DNA of 64,000 bases from Camelus ferus (taxonomy: Eukaryota): NCBI RefSeq assembly GCF_009834535.1, contig NC_045696.1, positions 78,308,001 to 78,372,000 of the forward strand. The letters run 5' to 3'. Below the pieces are notes generated by a model that saw only the letters and a program-made list of their open reading frames with translations, had not been told where the DNA came from and did no database searches. Shown here piece after piece: positions 48,723 through 61,790 of the stretch (the first letter of the stretch is position 1; each line of letters begins with the position of its first letter). The translations under genes and the position numbers were made by a program.

Positions 48723-50941
48723 CAGCATAAATCTTTATAAACCTCCTTTCATTGTGCTTTGCAGATACTGCATTGTTTGCAAAGTGAACATTTGTGGCAA
48801 CCTTGCCATGAGCAAATCTATCGGTGCCACTTCCCCAAGAGCACTTACTCACTCGTGTCTCTGTGTCACATTTAGGTAACTCTCACAGTTACCTAACTCT
48901 CACAGTATTTTAAACTTTTTAATTATTATTACATTTGTTATGGTGGTCTGTGATCAGTGATCTTTGATATTACTACTATAATTGTTTTGGAGTGCCATGA
49001 ACTGCTCCCGTATAAGACACCAAACTTCATCGATTAAGTGTTGTATGTGTTCTGACTGCTCTACTGGCCTGCCGTTCCTTCATCTCTCTTCCTCTCTCTT
49101 CCTCTCCTCAGGCCTCCCTACTGCCTCAGATACAACGGTATTGAAAATTAGGCCAATAAATAACCCTCCAATGGCCTCTAAATGTTCAAGTGAAATAAAG
49201 AGTCCCATATCTCACCTTAAATCAAACGCTAGAAATGATTCAGCTCAGAAAAAGGAAGCTAGGTTTCTTGCATCAAACTAACAAGCTGTGAATGCAAAGG
49301 AAATGTTTTTGACGGAAATTAAAAGTGCTACTCCGTAAACATACAAAAGATAAGGAAGCAAAACAGTTTTACTGCTAATGTGGAGAAAGCTGTAGTGGTC
49401 TGGATGAAAGATCAGTCCAGCTACAACGTTTCCTTAAGCTAAAGCCTAATCTAGGACAAGACCCTAACTCTCTTCAGTTCTACGAAGGCTAAGAGAGCCA
49501 AGGAGGCTGCAGAAGAAAAGTTTGCAGCTGGCAGAAGTTGGTTCATGAGGTTTAAAGAATGAAGCTGTCTCTATTAACATAGAAATGCAAAGTGAAGCAG
49601 CAAGTGCTGATGTAGAAGCTGCAGCAAGTCATCCAGAAGATCTAGCTGAGATAATGTATGAAGGTGACGCCACTAAATAATGCATTTTTAAAGTAGATAA
49701 AATAATCTTGTATTAGAAAAAGATGCCATCTAGGGCTTTTGTAGCTAGAAAGGAGAAGTCAATAGCTGGCTTTAAAACTTCAAAGGACAGGCTGACTCTC
49801 TTGTTAGAGACTAATGCAGCTGGTGACTGTAAGTTGAAGCCAGTGCTCATTTACCATTCTGAAAATCCTAGGGCCATTAAGAATTATGCTAAATCTACTC
49901 TGCCTGTGCTCTAAAAATGGAAAAACAAAGCATGGATGACAGGACATCTGTCATGTTTACAACATGGTTTACTGCATATTTTAAGCCCACTTTTGAGATC
50001 TTCTGCTCAGAAAAAAAAGATTTCTTTCAAAATATGACTGCTCATTGACAATACACCTGGTCATCCAAGAGCTGTGATGGAGACGCACAAAGTAAATCAA
50101 AAGTCTTTTGGAAAGGATTCACCGTTCTAGACGTCATTAAAAACATTCATGATTCATGGCTAAAGGTCAAAAGATCCCACACTAACAGGAGTTTGAAAGA
50201 AGCTGATTCTAACCCTCACAGATGAGGGTTCAAGTCCTCAGTGGAGGAAGTAACAACAGATGTGATGAAAACAGCAAAAGAACTAGAATGAGAAGTGGAG
50301 CTCGAAGGTGTAACTGAATTGCTGAGATCTGGGGATAAAACATTAACAACTGAGGAGTTGTTTTTTATGGACAAGCAAAAAAAAGCGTTTCTTAGGATGG
50401 AATCTACTTCTGGTGAAGATACTGTAAAGACTGTTGAAATAGCAAAGAATTTGGAATATTACATAAGCTTAATTGATAAAGCAGGGAAGGGTTTGAGAGA
50501 ATTGATTCCAATTTTGAAAGAAGTTCTACTGTGTATAAAATGCTATTAACAGCACTGCATGCTATAGAGAAATCATTTGTGACTGGAAGAGTCAATCAAT
50601 GTGGCAAATTGCACTGTTACCTTATTTTAAAAACTTGCCAGAACCACCCGAGCTTTCAGCTGCTACCACCCTGACCAGTCAGCAGCCACAAACATCAAGG
50701 CAAGACCTTCCACCAGAATAAAAATTACAGCCTGCTGAAGGCTTACATGATGGTTAGCACTTTTTAATTACAGTATATACATTTTTCAGACATAATGCTA
50801 TTGCACAATTAATAGACTTCACTATAGTGCAAACTTTTATATGCACTGGGAAACCAAACATTCATGTTGCTTGCTTTATGGCAATATTCGCTCTATGTGG
50901 TGGTCTGGAACTGAACCCACAGTATCTGTGAGGTGTACCTG
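48723..50941 (+). mobile_element. Tigger1 DNA transposon (TcMar-Tigger), near full length, inactive
   Basis: 5' tttcattgtgctttgcagatactgc...tttgtggcaacc; 3' gtggtctggaactgaacccacagtatctgtgaggtgtacctg followed by TA; degenerate transposase inside. Confidence 0.95.
49171..50550 (+). pseudogene. Tigger1 (pogo/CENP-B-like DDE) transposase remnant
   Basis: Begins ATGGCCTCTAAATGTTCAAGTGAA (MASKCSSE); fragment 49723-49914 [40 protein letters not shown]...; LIDNTPGHP motif at about 50041; many stops and frameshifts. 3' boundary approximate. Confidence 0.9.
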
Positions 50942-52104
50942 TAAGGACTTAGAGACAACTGACAGAATACATATACATATATAGTAGTATATATATGTTT
51001 ATTATATACAGATATTACTGTTCATCTGCAGTGATAATACCAAAAATCTGGAAACTAGAAGACCAGAGGAAGCATAAGATTTAAAAGTTTTCATGAAGAC
51101 TTTTCCTAAGAAGAGGAAAATTGTAAAGAAGAACCATTAGCATTATTCCTAAATCCCATTTCCTAAATTCCATTTTCATTCCATTCTATTCCACATTCTG
51201 CTTATATCTGTCCTTGAGAAGAAGAGTATCTCCTAAGGAATTTTTAAAAATTCAAATTACACCACCACCATTTCTCACTATGGTCAGCATTTAAGAAAAG
51301 AATTGTTCATCTTAGAAAAAGGTTGTATTCAGATTATGCCTATAAATTTGATCAAAGTGAAACCATAAAATAGCAATCTTCAACACTGCTTTTCTGGGAA
51401 GTTTTATAAATTTTTCCCTTGCAAGGGCTGAGCTAACACAACATGCAATCATGTGCAAAGAAAGCGCCCATGTTGCAACTTGAAAGAAGAAAAGTGTTCA
51501 GAGTTGCTTTTAACCTACAACCTGGCTAAAATAGGTATAACATAGAAAAGTTGGCATCACGTGGTAGAGAAATTATATATTTGTCCCTTCTAGAGATAAG
51601 CATAGTGCAGGTAAGCTATGATGCCCTCTCTGTGCACAAGGCAATTAACCTATTTAAGCATAGTAATAGATCAGGGATTTTATATGGTTGTGAGCTGAGC
51701 TGAAGGACCAGGTATGGGACAGCTCTACCTTCAAAACTTTTGAATGTTTATTTTTATTAAATCTGTAAACTTCAGTAGCAAATCAACTTGCCTAAGAAAT
51801 AGCTACACATTCAATATGAATGAATATAAACTTGCAAGAGTGTATCGAGTTGTCATTGTATGTCGAAACACGTTAGAACCAGAAGAGACTTCAGTGCGCT
51901 CCTAAGTGACCTTCTTATTTCACATCTATCTCCTTTCCATCTTCCTCCTCTTTCCTTTCTTCCTCCCTCCCTCCTTTCCCGATACACTTCCTACTTCCCT
52001 CATTCTTTATTCTTTTGTTCAACAAATCTGGGGGAAAAAAAACAGAATCACAGAAAGATTCAAATCCATACAAATGAAACTGATTAATAAAAGTTAACAC
52101 ATCC

Positions 52105-52330
52105 AAGGTACTATATACTATACCAAGTACTGTCCTAAGTATTGTAGAAATACTACCTCAATTGATCCTTAAAACAATCCTGTAAGACAGGCATCATTAT
52201 TATCACTTTTTAATAGATTGAAAAATGGAGGCACACAGAAGTTACAGTTTGCCCAAATCACACAGCTAAGAGTCAGGAAAACAGGATTCCAATCTACGCA
52301 GTGACTCCAAAATCTGCCTTGCTTATCATA
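52105..52330 (-). mobile_element. MIR SINE
   Basis: ccaagtactgtcctaagt...aacaatcctgtaagacagg...gaggcacacagaagtta...ttgcccaaatcacacagctaa...gtgactccaaa. Confidence 0.8.
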
Positions 52331-52944
52331 GGTTCTATTATGAAATTCCTGTCAGATTTTGTTTCTGCCAAACACACAGTAATTAACTAGTTTTTATAAA
52401 AGGGCATTCCCCTGATAAACATTAAAGGCAAAAAGGAAATACCGAAGGGCTCAGATTCTTGTAAGGCTTTAGAAACCTGGAAAAGAATCCAAGAAATGCA
52501 GGCAGAACCGACCCAGAGAGTCTTTATGAGATTGCTACTTATTTTTTCAATTTCATTCTGAAAAATATTTAGAAAGGACAAAGTCCTCAAGAAAATTCTC
52601 TAACTTCATTCTTCTAATTAATAAAAATGAAAATCCTCACTGGCCATAAATTGCAGAAATTTTAAGGATAGGTCCCCCGGTCCATTATAGAACCAAGTCA
52701 TCTTCAATTCCCATTGACGCAGTCTTCACCTGTCTGGGGGTACAGGTGCTCCCAAGGTTTGAGAATTCTATTAAGGAATATCTTTGGAAAACCTCAGCGA
52801 ATCCAGGGAATTTGGGAGGCTGACTTTTGCTTTACAAAGGTGTTGTAACTCATTCTGCTGTGAAATTTTCAAGATTCAGGTTTAGAATGTTAACTATGGG
52901 AGAACCTCAGATACTAAACAGGCAATGCTAGACAGAAAGAACAG

Positions 52945-53150
52945 AAAGTGTGGCATCAAAGAGATCTGAATGAAAATCTCTGCTTCTGCATTTACCATCC
53001 TTCATGCAAGATGGCTTTTGTAAGCCTCTTTTTCTGTCAGGCGGTAATACCCTCACTAACCTTGTAGGTTAGTTATAAGGATTCAATGAGATTCTGTTGA
53101 AAAAAGTGCTTGGCCCCAGGCCTAGTATATGTAGGATTTTCATTAATGCT
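52945..53150 (+). mobile_element. MIR SINE, degraded
   Basis: tggcatcaaagagatctg...gttataaggattcaatgaga...aaagtgcttggcccc aggcctagtat. Confidence 0.55.
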
Positions 53151-54239
53151 AGTTCACAAATAAAGAAATGGAGACATCTATACCTAGTGTTGGTAAGTGT
53201 CGTGTGGTCTTTGCAGATTCCTGTTTTATGGAAATACAGAATCCCCAAAACAGAAGATGTGTTTTTTACTTCATACACTATATTACCATAAAAATTATAT
53301 TTAATACATACTCAGTGAACTTAACATAGTAATTAATAGCTAAAGAAATATGTACTTTTTAGAAATACTTTTCTATTAAAAAGTAGGACATATCTATAAC
53401 ATAAATATTTGTCTGTGGTGTGCAGATAATTAAAATACTCATATAAAGAGAAATCACCTCTGAATTTTGCATATATTGGCCTATAACACTAGTTTAGCTT
53501 TTTTTAATTAAATGACTCACATATAGAGAAATCTTTTCTATCCAGCCTTCAGACAGGAATCGTAAACCAGCAGGAGATCAGCAATAGTTAGTAACTACTA
53601 TATTCTGGCAAGTTGCTTAGCAACTCTGGGACTGCAATTTTTCAGGCTTTTTATTCAGCTAAGGAATATTTATTGAATACCTACTACATGCATGTTGCCA
53701 ATGAGAGATACAAACAGCCTCACGAAGGGAATATTATTTTTATCATTTCCTCCTATGACAGACTGACTCTAAGCAGTTTCATAACTTGCCCATGATCTAA
53801 GAGGAGGAAGATGAAAGAAATTGAGTATGACTTCCAGCCTGATGGCCTCCAAAGACCTTGCAGTTTTTTTACTCCAGTATCTGCTGATAAGCCCTAAATC
53901 GCTGCCTTTGGAAGCACACTGTCGCCTGTCGTAGAGTTAAATAACTGTTTCATTGAATTTTTATACAGGTTGTCATATCCATGAGGAAAAGGGACCCTAG
54001 TCAGCTGTCTTTTGTATTTATTTCCTAAAACAGTGTTATTCAAAGAGAGCTTTGTGGGATGTTAATTGTCGGGGAAGGACTTGTTACTCATCCCTAGTGA
54101 AATAGATACAGACGTTGAGACTGCTAAAATGTTTATAACAATTTGATTGAATAATTTTATTTCTGTTGAACTTAATGATAAAATATTTGGGTGTGCATTC
54201 TGTATGTTTTATTTTTTAAACCAGATTCCTACCTCTATA

Positions 54240-54444
54240 CTTTTTTAAAAAAATTTTCAACTTTGCGGGGTATAAGTGAAGGACACTGACCTGTCCATGT
54301 TTAAAATGAACAATTGGGTCAGTGTTGACATCTGTTTGTACCCATGAAATCCTCATCACAATCAGGACGAAGATTTCGACCACCCTCACAAGCTTTCTTA
54401 TGTCCCTTTGCAAGCTATCCCTCTCTCCAGCTCCACAGACAATG
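54240..54444 (-). mobile_element. Old L1M 3' UTR fragment
   Basis: gtgttgacatctgtttgtacccatgaaatcctcatcacaatcagga...ttcttatgtccctttgca. Confidence 0.7.
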
Positions 54445-54541
54445 AATAACAAATGGGTGTGACTATGTGCTAATAAAAATAATTTGCAAAAACAGGCATC
54501 AGGATGGATTTGGCCTGTGGGCTGTAGTTTGCTGACATCTG
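54445..54541. mobile_element. MER58A-like MITE, one half
   Basis: aatgggtgtgactatgtgctaataaaa...ggatttggcctgtgggctgtagtttgctgacatctg. Confidence 0.75.
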
Positions 54542-56459
54542 CTTTAGAGTCATTCCGTAGACTTTGAAGAGCACTTGTAAGTGAATTAAAAACAAAAAGA
54601 GTAACAAAAACTACTGAATATTTGGTCCTAAAATTATGCGAAACCTGATTAAAGTATTGCCAAGGCAATCTTAATAGTAGCTTATCTTCTGTTTTGAGAT
54701 GAGCTTTAACATTAGAACCTTGCTCCCGTCTAAATTTATCAAGAGATGTTTAGCAAGCAGGTAGCTCTTATTACGGTTGCTTGATTTTCAAATTCACTTA
54801 TTTTTGACTTTCATTTAAAAATTAGCTACATTAAGCATGCGAGGAAACAAGTCATGGGACTTTTATAACAAAATATCGTATCCAAGGTAGGTATTTTGGA
54901 CCCTAAACAATTCAAGACTACTCCAGGAGGACTAATTCTTCTCTGATGTACATGCAGAATGCAAAGTAATAATCCCCTTGATTTTTTCTGGAATGGAGAA
55001 AAATATTTTAAAACTAGTCAGTTCCAAAATACCATCTCTATGAAGTGAGAAACACATATAAAAATGTTTCTCCCTCTATTCCCCACCAAATAGTCTGACA
55101 GTGACTAGTCACCCTTAGGTTTAAAGAAATATGAGTTACCAAAGCATTAATTAGCTTTTCAACCATCAGAGCACAGTTTCCCCCAGAATATAACTCATCA
55201 ATCACAACAGCATCAGGTTATGCAGCATTGCTTTTCTGTATATTGTTTTTGCAAAATAAATAATCATTGTCCCACCATCATTATGGGAAAAGATATACAG
55301 GACATGAAAAGCAGTAATAACATGGCAATGATCCAAAATATATTATCTCTATTTTGTAAATTTGCTGGACTTAGCACACTTCCTAGACCTCTATTAATTT
55401 TATACTTTTATGAAAAATATATGTTAGAAGTGATCATTAAACTTGAGATTCAAGTAGAACACCATTCCTTAACTCACACTGCAGTATTATTTCCCATTAG
55501 CTAGTTTGTACACCAGAAGAGATATTTTATATAGAGTACTCACTAGAGAAGAAAACATAAAAGAACACAATAACATACTGAAAGGTGAACAACTGAAAAT
55601 CCAATATTTACCGTTACTCAAAAGTTTCCAAGTCACAAACTACAGGTGATGGGCGTGTGTTTGTGAGTCTATATGTGTATAGTACAAAAGTTAAAATTTT
55701 CCCAGGTTATTTCCCCATATGACCTCCACTACTATCAATCAATTGAAAATTTTGAAATAGGGGACTAAAATGGTAAGATCAAAGTGGTCTACAGAAGATA
55801 ATAGAAATAGCTAGTATATCTCTGAGATTTTGTTTGTTTTCCTTCTCAATTGTTAGCAGTTTGTGTCAAACATACATGGACCAGAATATTTATTATGAAC
55901 CATATTTTCATTCTGCATGAAGGTGAGAAAGTTTGACGCATCTGCTGTAGGCACCCAACATCTGCAAAGCACACCCAGGCAACCGCAAGATCATCCCTTG
56001 TGAATACTGCTCTACAGCCACTCCACTGGAGAGGCGCTTAGTCAGGTAGAGCAATTTCATACGTGGAAGTGAACACCTTTGGCAGTTGATATTCCAAACT
56101 CTACATGAACAATAGTATGAAATTAACTTTACAGAAGAACCCTTTGAGTGTGTGGATCTTTTTGGTCTTAGAAACATTGGAAGTTGAATAAGCCAATACC
56201 CTGGAAATGGGAAAGCAAGACCTTAGTCTTATGCGAGGCAGGGCAGTGCATCTGCAGTACTCATTTAAAAAATATATTAGTGTTCTTGCACAGTGCATAC
56301 AGTACCTGCATTTATGTGGGAATGTCTTTCTATGAACCTTATCAATGCTCTACCAAAAAGGATGGCAGGTAAAAGACTTAAGATCATAAGAAAATGTCCT
56401 GTACTTTCCTATCATCATGTTCTTTAAGCTGTATTTTCTATTACTTTTCAGTTATCTTT

Positions 56460-56580
56460 TCCACCAGCTTGTATATTCTTTGGAACAAGGGTAATGTTTT
56501 TCTTGTTGAGTACTATTTCCTTAGTACCTAACACAATGCTTGTCACATAGTTGGTACTTAATAAATATTTTTGAATGACT
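56460..56580 (+). mobile_element. L2 LINE 3' end
   Basis: ccttagtacctaacacaatgcttgtcacatagttggtacttaataaatatttttgaatga. Confidence 0.75.
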
Positions 56581-56816
56581 AAACCTAATATATCATTTTT
56601 ATTATAGAATAATACCTAAAGCTTTGTGATGTTATTGTTCTTATTAAAAAAGAAACTGAAAATATTTCCAAAGAATTAATTTATTACTCTAGATTGAGTT
56701 TCCTGAAGTGAGATATGAGAGCTACCAATATAAAGCCATTTGGATTAATAGTTAAAAACGGTACTTCTTTATCCATATTACTTGTAATCCATCTGAATCA
56801 CTTGGTTATGAAATCA

Positions 56817-57000
56817 ATCTCTCTCTCCATATCTCTCTCTCTATATATAGATAGATATATACTCTCTCCATATATATATTTATTATATGTTATATATATT
56901 TATATTATATTTACATATGTAATATATATTATATATTTTAATTATTATATATAAATACATTTATATATATATAAATATATATATATGCATGTGTATATAT
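56817..57000. repeat. (TC)n/(TA)n compound AT-rich low-complexity tract
   Basis: About 180 bp of degenerate TA dinucleotides preceded by TC runs. Confidence 0.9.
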
Positions 57001-57269
57001 TTTAAAGAAAGCTCCCCAAAGAGTCATTGCACAGTAAAGGCTGAGAAAGCTTACTGTTGTTGCTAAAAGCAGGAGGTAGCTTATTGTTGTTGTTGTCACT
57101 AGAAACAGAAGTAGTATTAGAACTAAATATATATTCGTTGAATAATCGGAGTGACAGTTGTTGATTGTTGCATGTTTCTGTGTCAGGCAGAATGCAAAGT
57201 AGTTTATGATACATTTAGTTAAGGTAGTGTCTTAATCATTATTTCAGCTATAACATGTATTTATTGTAA

Positions 57270-57440
57270 TTTCAAGAATTGGGAAACTGAGATTCAGAAT
57301 GGTTAAGAAACTTGCCTAAGGTCTCACATCATAGAAGTGTAAAGAGGTTAAATATATGGCCAAGACTAGAAAACGTTTTAAATGCTAGCACCCAGTTATA
57401 TTTAATTCCCAAGCCCAAATGTTGTTCACCAAACCACAGA
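57270..57440 (-). mobile_element. MIR SINE fragment
   Basis: ggaaactgagattcagaatggttaagaaacttgcctaaggtctcaca. Confidence 0.7.
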
Positions 57441-59489
57441 TTAGAATATGCACACTGTATCAATTCAGTGTATTCAATTCAGTGTACCAGTTCAGTGTCA
57501 CTGAAAGAAAACATATTCATAGCATTTGGGAGTTTGTTTCTCTTTAAAAATTAAAAATATCCTAGAGCAAATATCTTTGAATAACATCAGTTACTCTAAC
57601 TCATAGGGCAAAATGGTTGTCTATTTAGAGAAGATACATACACAGCAAACAACCAAATTTTAACTGAACTATTTCAATAGCTTTTGGGGTTGTTAAGACT
57701 TCATTATGTAGATGATTGTTCCTGAAGAAAGTAACTTTGTGATGAAGCTTTGGGGGAAAAAAAAAAAACAACACAGTTGGTCTAAAATCTATAAAAATGA
57801 ACAAAGTGTCAGGATATACAATGAGAAGATAGGATTCATATTTTCAAAAACTTAATATAGTTTAATAATTGCATGCTCCCAAGAACATAAAGAGATTCCC
57901 AGAAGAAACTGGAAGATCTGTTTGTAACAGGAGCTCGTGAAAGAAAGAATAGCTCAACATAGAAAAAAAATTTTTCAATTATTGAGGATCTGCAAAAGAA
58001 GCATCTGCACCATGGGAAGAAAAGACTGACTGTAGAAAACTGAAGTTCCAAATAATTCCCTCTTCAAAGAGAAACTAACTTATTATTTAATAGAAGTACC
58101 CTTAATTAGAAGAGCAAAAAGTCACCAAGATTCAGCAAAGCCAATAGGCAGATAATCTTTTCCATTACAAATTTCAAAGTAATGCTTTCTAGATAACACA
58201 TAACGCTAAAGGTGACCTTAAATTTATTACTATAAATCATAGTCACAAAATTAAATCTTGGGAATTTTAAGCAATACTAAAGTTTATGCAAAATTCACCA
58301 AAAATAGAGAACTCTACAGTATTATGTTGCTTACAAACCATGCCAGTGGAGCATCAGAAACACTCCAGTATCCAGCAGGGTTTATTAAGGAAGGGAGAAG
58401 CTAAGGAAGGCCAGCAATTCTCCAATCAGTACTGAAATAATATGCCCAACGACTGTTCATTTGAATGCCATTACATTTCAGTAGACTTAATTTGTATTTT
58501 GATCACCTCTGTACGTATCTTTCTCAGCCAGTGGTTTCCATACCTGAACAGATACAGAAAAAAATTAAACCAGGATGACCAAATAAAGTTAATAATCTAA
58601 TGTTTGGAAATACAGGAAATTAGCCTGGGCTTTCTATGTTGTTGTTACTGTCTTGATTTTATAGAGTGTCACCATGCTCATTACTAGAGTGAGAACATCT
58701 AATTCAGCTTCAGCAGTTTCTTTGTTTTGATGATCTGATGGTGCCTGGTTAATGATATGCTGTTAGATATATCCTAACAGATAATGCAGCAACCCCTGGG
58801 GGGAAAGCAATGAAACGTTGTACTCAGCAGTTCTGGTGAAAGGGCCTGTAAGTTGCACTGCATACCTCCATTGGGGTTCAAAATTACAAAAATAATTTTT
58901 CATCTTTATAGTTTCCAATAAGTTGTAAAACTTTGACACCAGTGAACATGTTTAAAATACTACCAGAAGAAAAACTCATCTCAACACAAAACTCTGCCGC
59001 CACTGAATTGATTTCACCTATTAAAAATACATAAAAATTTTGAAGCCCTTTGAGTGTCCTTGATCATTTCTACACGATTAAATAAGTCTAAACTCTTGAA
59101 TGACAAAATTCAAGGCAAAAACAGATAACAAATCATCATGTAGTAGAAGTCACCTTATCTCACAGGCTAGCCATTTGTTCAGGCCATAATTCCTCACAAC
59201 AGAGGGACAAGTCAACCTGGTTTTCACACCTCTTCCTTCACTACACACTTGTGAGAATCTTATACTCTGTTCTAATCAATATTCTCACTGTATCCAAAAC
59301 ATTTTCCAAATTTCTAACTCCACATCTTTGCTCTTATGACCCAGCAAATATAAATTAGATCTACCCTTAAAGAGCTACTGAACATCCTGGCACTGCCATG
59401 TGGATATCCCACAGTGATTTGTTTCTTTCCCCTGCATTCTGATAATAAACCCCTCTTCACATTTTCTATTTGACAGAATCAAATAAGTC

Positions 59490-59750
59490 TTTAATAATAA
59501 CAGCAAATGCTATAGGACCTTTACTTTAGTACCAGAAATTAATCGAATTGTTTTACACAATTCAGCTCATTTAATTCCCATAATAATTTTATGAGATAAG
59601 TTTAGTACACTTCTTACTTTATGTATTAGTAAGTGAGATGTTATGTGACTTCCTCAAGGTCACAAAGCTCCTGGGTTTGTAGAAACAGGAGTCAGACCCA
59701 ACTAGTTGAGTATCAGAACCCATGATCTTAACCTTTATTTTATATTGCAC
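59490..59750 (-). mobile_element. MIR SINE
   Basis: aataataacagcaaat...ctcatttaattcccataataat...gttatgtgacttcctcaaggtcacaaagct...cccatgatcttaacc. Confidence 0.7.
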
Positions 59751-60769
59751 TGTATATTATTTTACATGAATTGTAATTTTTATCACCTAAATATTATTTC
59801 CCAAACTATGGATTGGCCACTGATTACTGGTGATCACATGGTTTTAGGTGGTAAACACGCATAGTCCTACAGTCAACAAACGTATTTTGATTGATTAAAT
59901 ACCTATTTAATGGAAGTAACATACATCATTTATGTAAAACTGTCCCCTTCAAAGTGTGAGAAAATAACTATCTTTCACTAAGAACCCAACACCATATTAG
60001 GTATTTTGTTAGATTAAATGTGATTCTATTTAATTTAATGATAAATGTAATATATACAAAGAGCATTTAAAGTATTCATTTTTCTTAAAGGAGACACCAA
60101 ATAATTATTCTATTTAGTGTATAAGGTGCACTACATAGTGTACTTTTTAAAAGCTGTTCATACATTTTGATTCTTCCATTTTGGTTAAAGGTTTAGGGAA
60201 AGCTTTGATTAAGGTTATCTCCAAGACAAAACAATGAAATTTGATGAATATCCAAGTAATGAAAACAACAGAAATAACAATAATAACCACCCCTACCTTT
60301 TCTGGAAAGAATTACTCACAGTCCCTCTAAGTTACAGTTACATGTAAGTAGTGTCAATAAAACTATACTAGGTGTATATTATACAAACAATTTTTAAAAA
60401 ATATTATAGGAAGTAGAATCTAAAAAATAAACCTGCCATATCAATTCTTTCTATGGAATGTTCCAACTGACCTTGCTCTTGACCTTCCACATTCTGTTTA
60501 TTTTTAAAATTAGGCAATACAATTAAGTAATGTTGTTTAGTCGGTTTCTTTTACATTCTAAGTTGACATGAGCCCTCCCTCACTTGTGTCCTTGCTGGAT
60601 ACCAAATGCAGACTTCTCAGTAGGCAGGAAAGATGAGCTTACAGAGATCTATGCAAAGTGCACTAAGAGAGAAACAAAGATGGTTTTCAGTAAAGCAAAG
60701 ATAGAGCAAAAATCAAAGTGAAAATATTTCATTATAGCTATCTATAATAAATTTTAAAATGATATTATG

Positions 60770-60950
60770 GGATGCATACTATATGCTAGGCACATTTAAT
60801 TATTTACATGTATTATGTCATTGATTCTTTGTTGAAGTAGGTACCATTTCACAGAAAGGCTAAGAGATCTCAAAAAAACATTAATTAGCTCAACCAAGGT
60901 TACACAAGCAGTTAGCAAAAAGGGACGAGGTTACAACTTAGATGGGCCTG
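60770..60950 (-). mobile_element. MIR SINE, degraded
   Basis: tactatatgctaggcac...tacatgtattatgtcatt...ccaaggttacacaagcagttag. Confidence 0.55.
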
Positions 60951-60982
60951 CTTATCTGCGTAGATAAAACATTTTGTAAAGC

Positions 60983-61004
60983 AAAAAAAAAAAAAAAAAA
61001 AAAA
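60983..61004. repeat. Poly(A) run
   Basis: 22 consecutive A. Confidence 0.9.
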
Positions 61005-61409
61005 TCAAGGACAGTAAATCCACCCTGTACGTGGTCTGATGGTGTTGACGGAATGAATTATTGAAAGGGATGAAGGTATTTTTCTCAAATTGTAGCAAAA
61101 ATACAATTACTTGATCTTCAGAATGATATATATGATACGCATCACATGTATTTGTATGATCATAGTGTCATGCAAGTGTCATACACACTAGCATTCTTAC
61201 ATATATATTAATACATAATACTTAAAAGGATGATTTAAAGCCATACAGCTCTTCATTCACAAGTCTACAAGCATAATTCTACAATTTTTGGAGGAGGAGG
61301 ATAATAAAGGTCAAAAAAGTGAAAAGGTGAAGAACATACCCGAGCACTTTTATGGGCTGTACCATTTATCATTTCCTCTGGGACAGCCATAAGACTAATT
61401 CTTTAAAAA

Positions 61410-61790
61410 CATACATAAAAGTCCCTTCACTAAAATCCTTCAATGGTTTCCCACTACACTTGAAATAAAATTCAAACTCTTTCCGTTGGCCTACCACAAA
61501 CCCTCTCCCCCCTAACCCCCGTATTCCAACTCACTGCCTCTTTCCAGACTTAGTCCCTCAGTACCCATGCTGCCCTCCTTGGAATGCTGGCTCTAGCCAC
61601 CTGGGACTGACTCCTTTATTTTTTCAGTCCATCTCAGATCAAATGCTATCTTGTAGCAGACACACATCTCCCATATAACAGCTTTTAAAAGTAAATATTT
61701 AATTATCTGCTTCTTTTTCATGTTTCTCCATTTGACTATAAGTTCTACATGGACAAGGGAACTTATGAGTTTCATTTTTCATTGTACATT
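61410..61790 (+). mobile_element. L2 LINE fragment
   Basis: taaaatccttcaatggtttcccact...aataaaattcaaactct...ttggaatgct...tctcagatcaaatgcta...gactataagttct. Confidence 0.7.

Noticed and set aside
49723..50549. Transposase-like ORFs as a functional TIGD gene
   Set aside because: Short fragments of a Tigger1 copy with stops, frameshifts and an internal deletion.
54216..54668. 150-aa minus-strand ORF
   Set aside because: Spans a MER58 fragment and an L1 3' UTR fragment; chance ORF.
57456..57500. Three copies of a 13-14 bp unit (tgtatcaattcag)
   Set aside because: Simple slippage minisatellite with no spacers; not CRISPR-like. Similar small duplications occur near 27743, 31517, 40143 and 48877.
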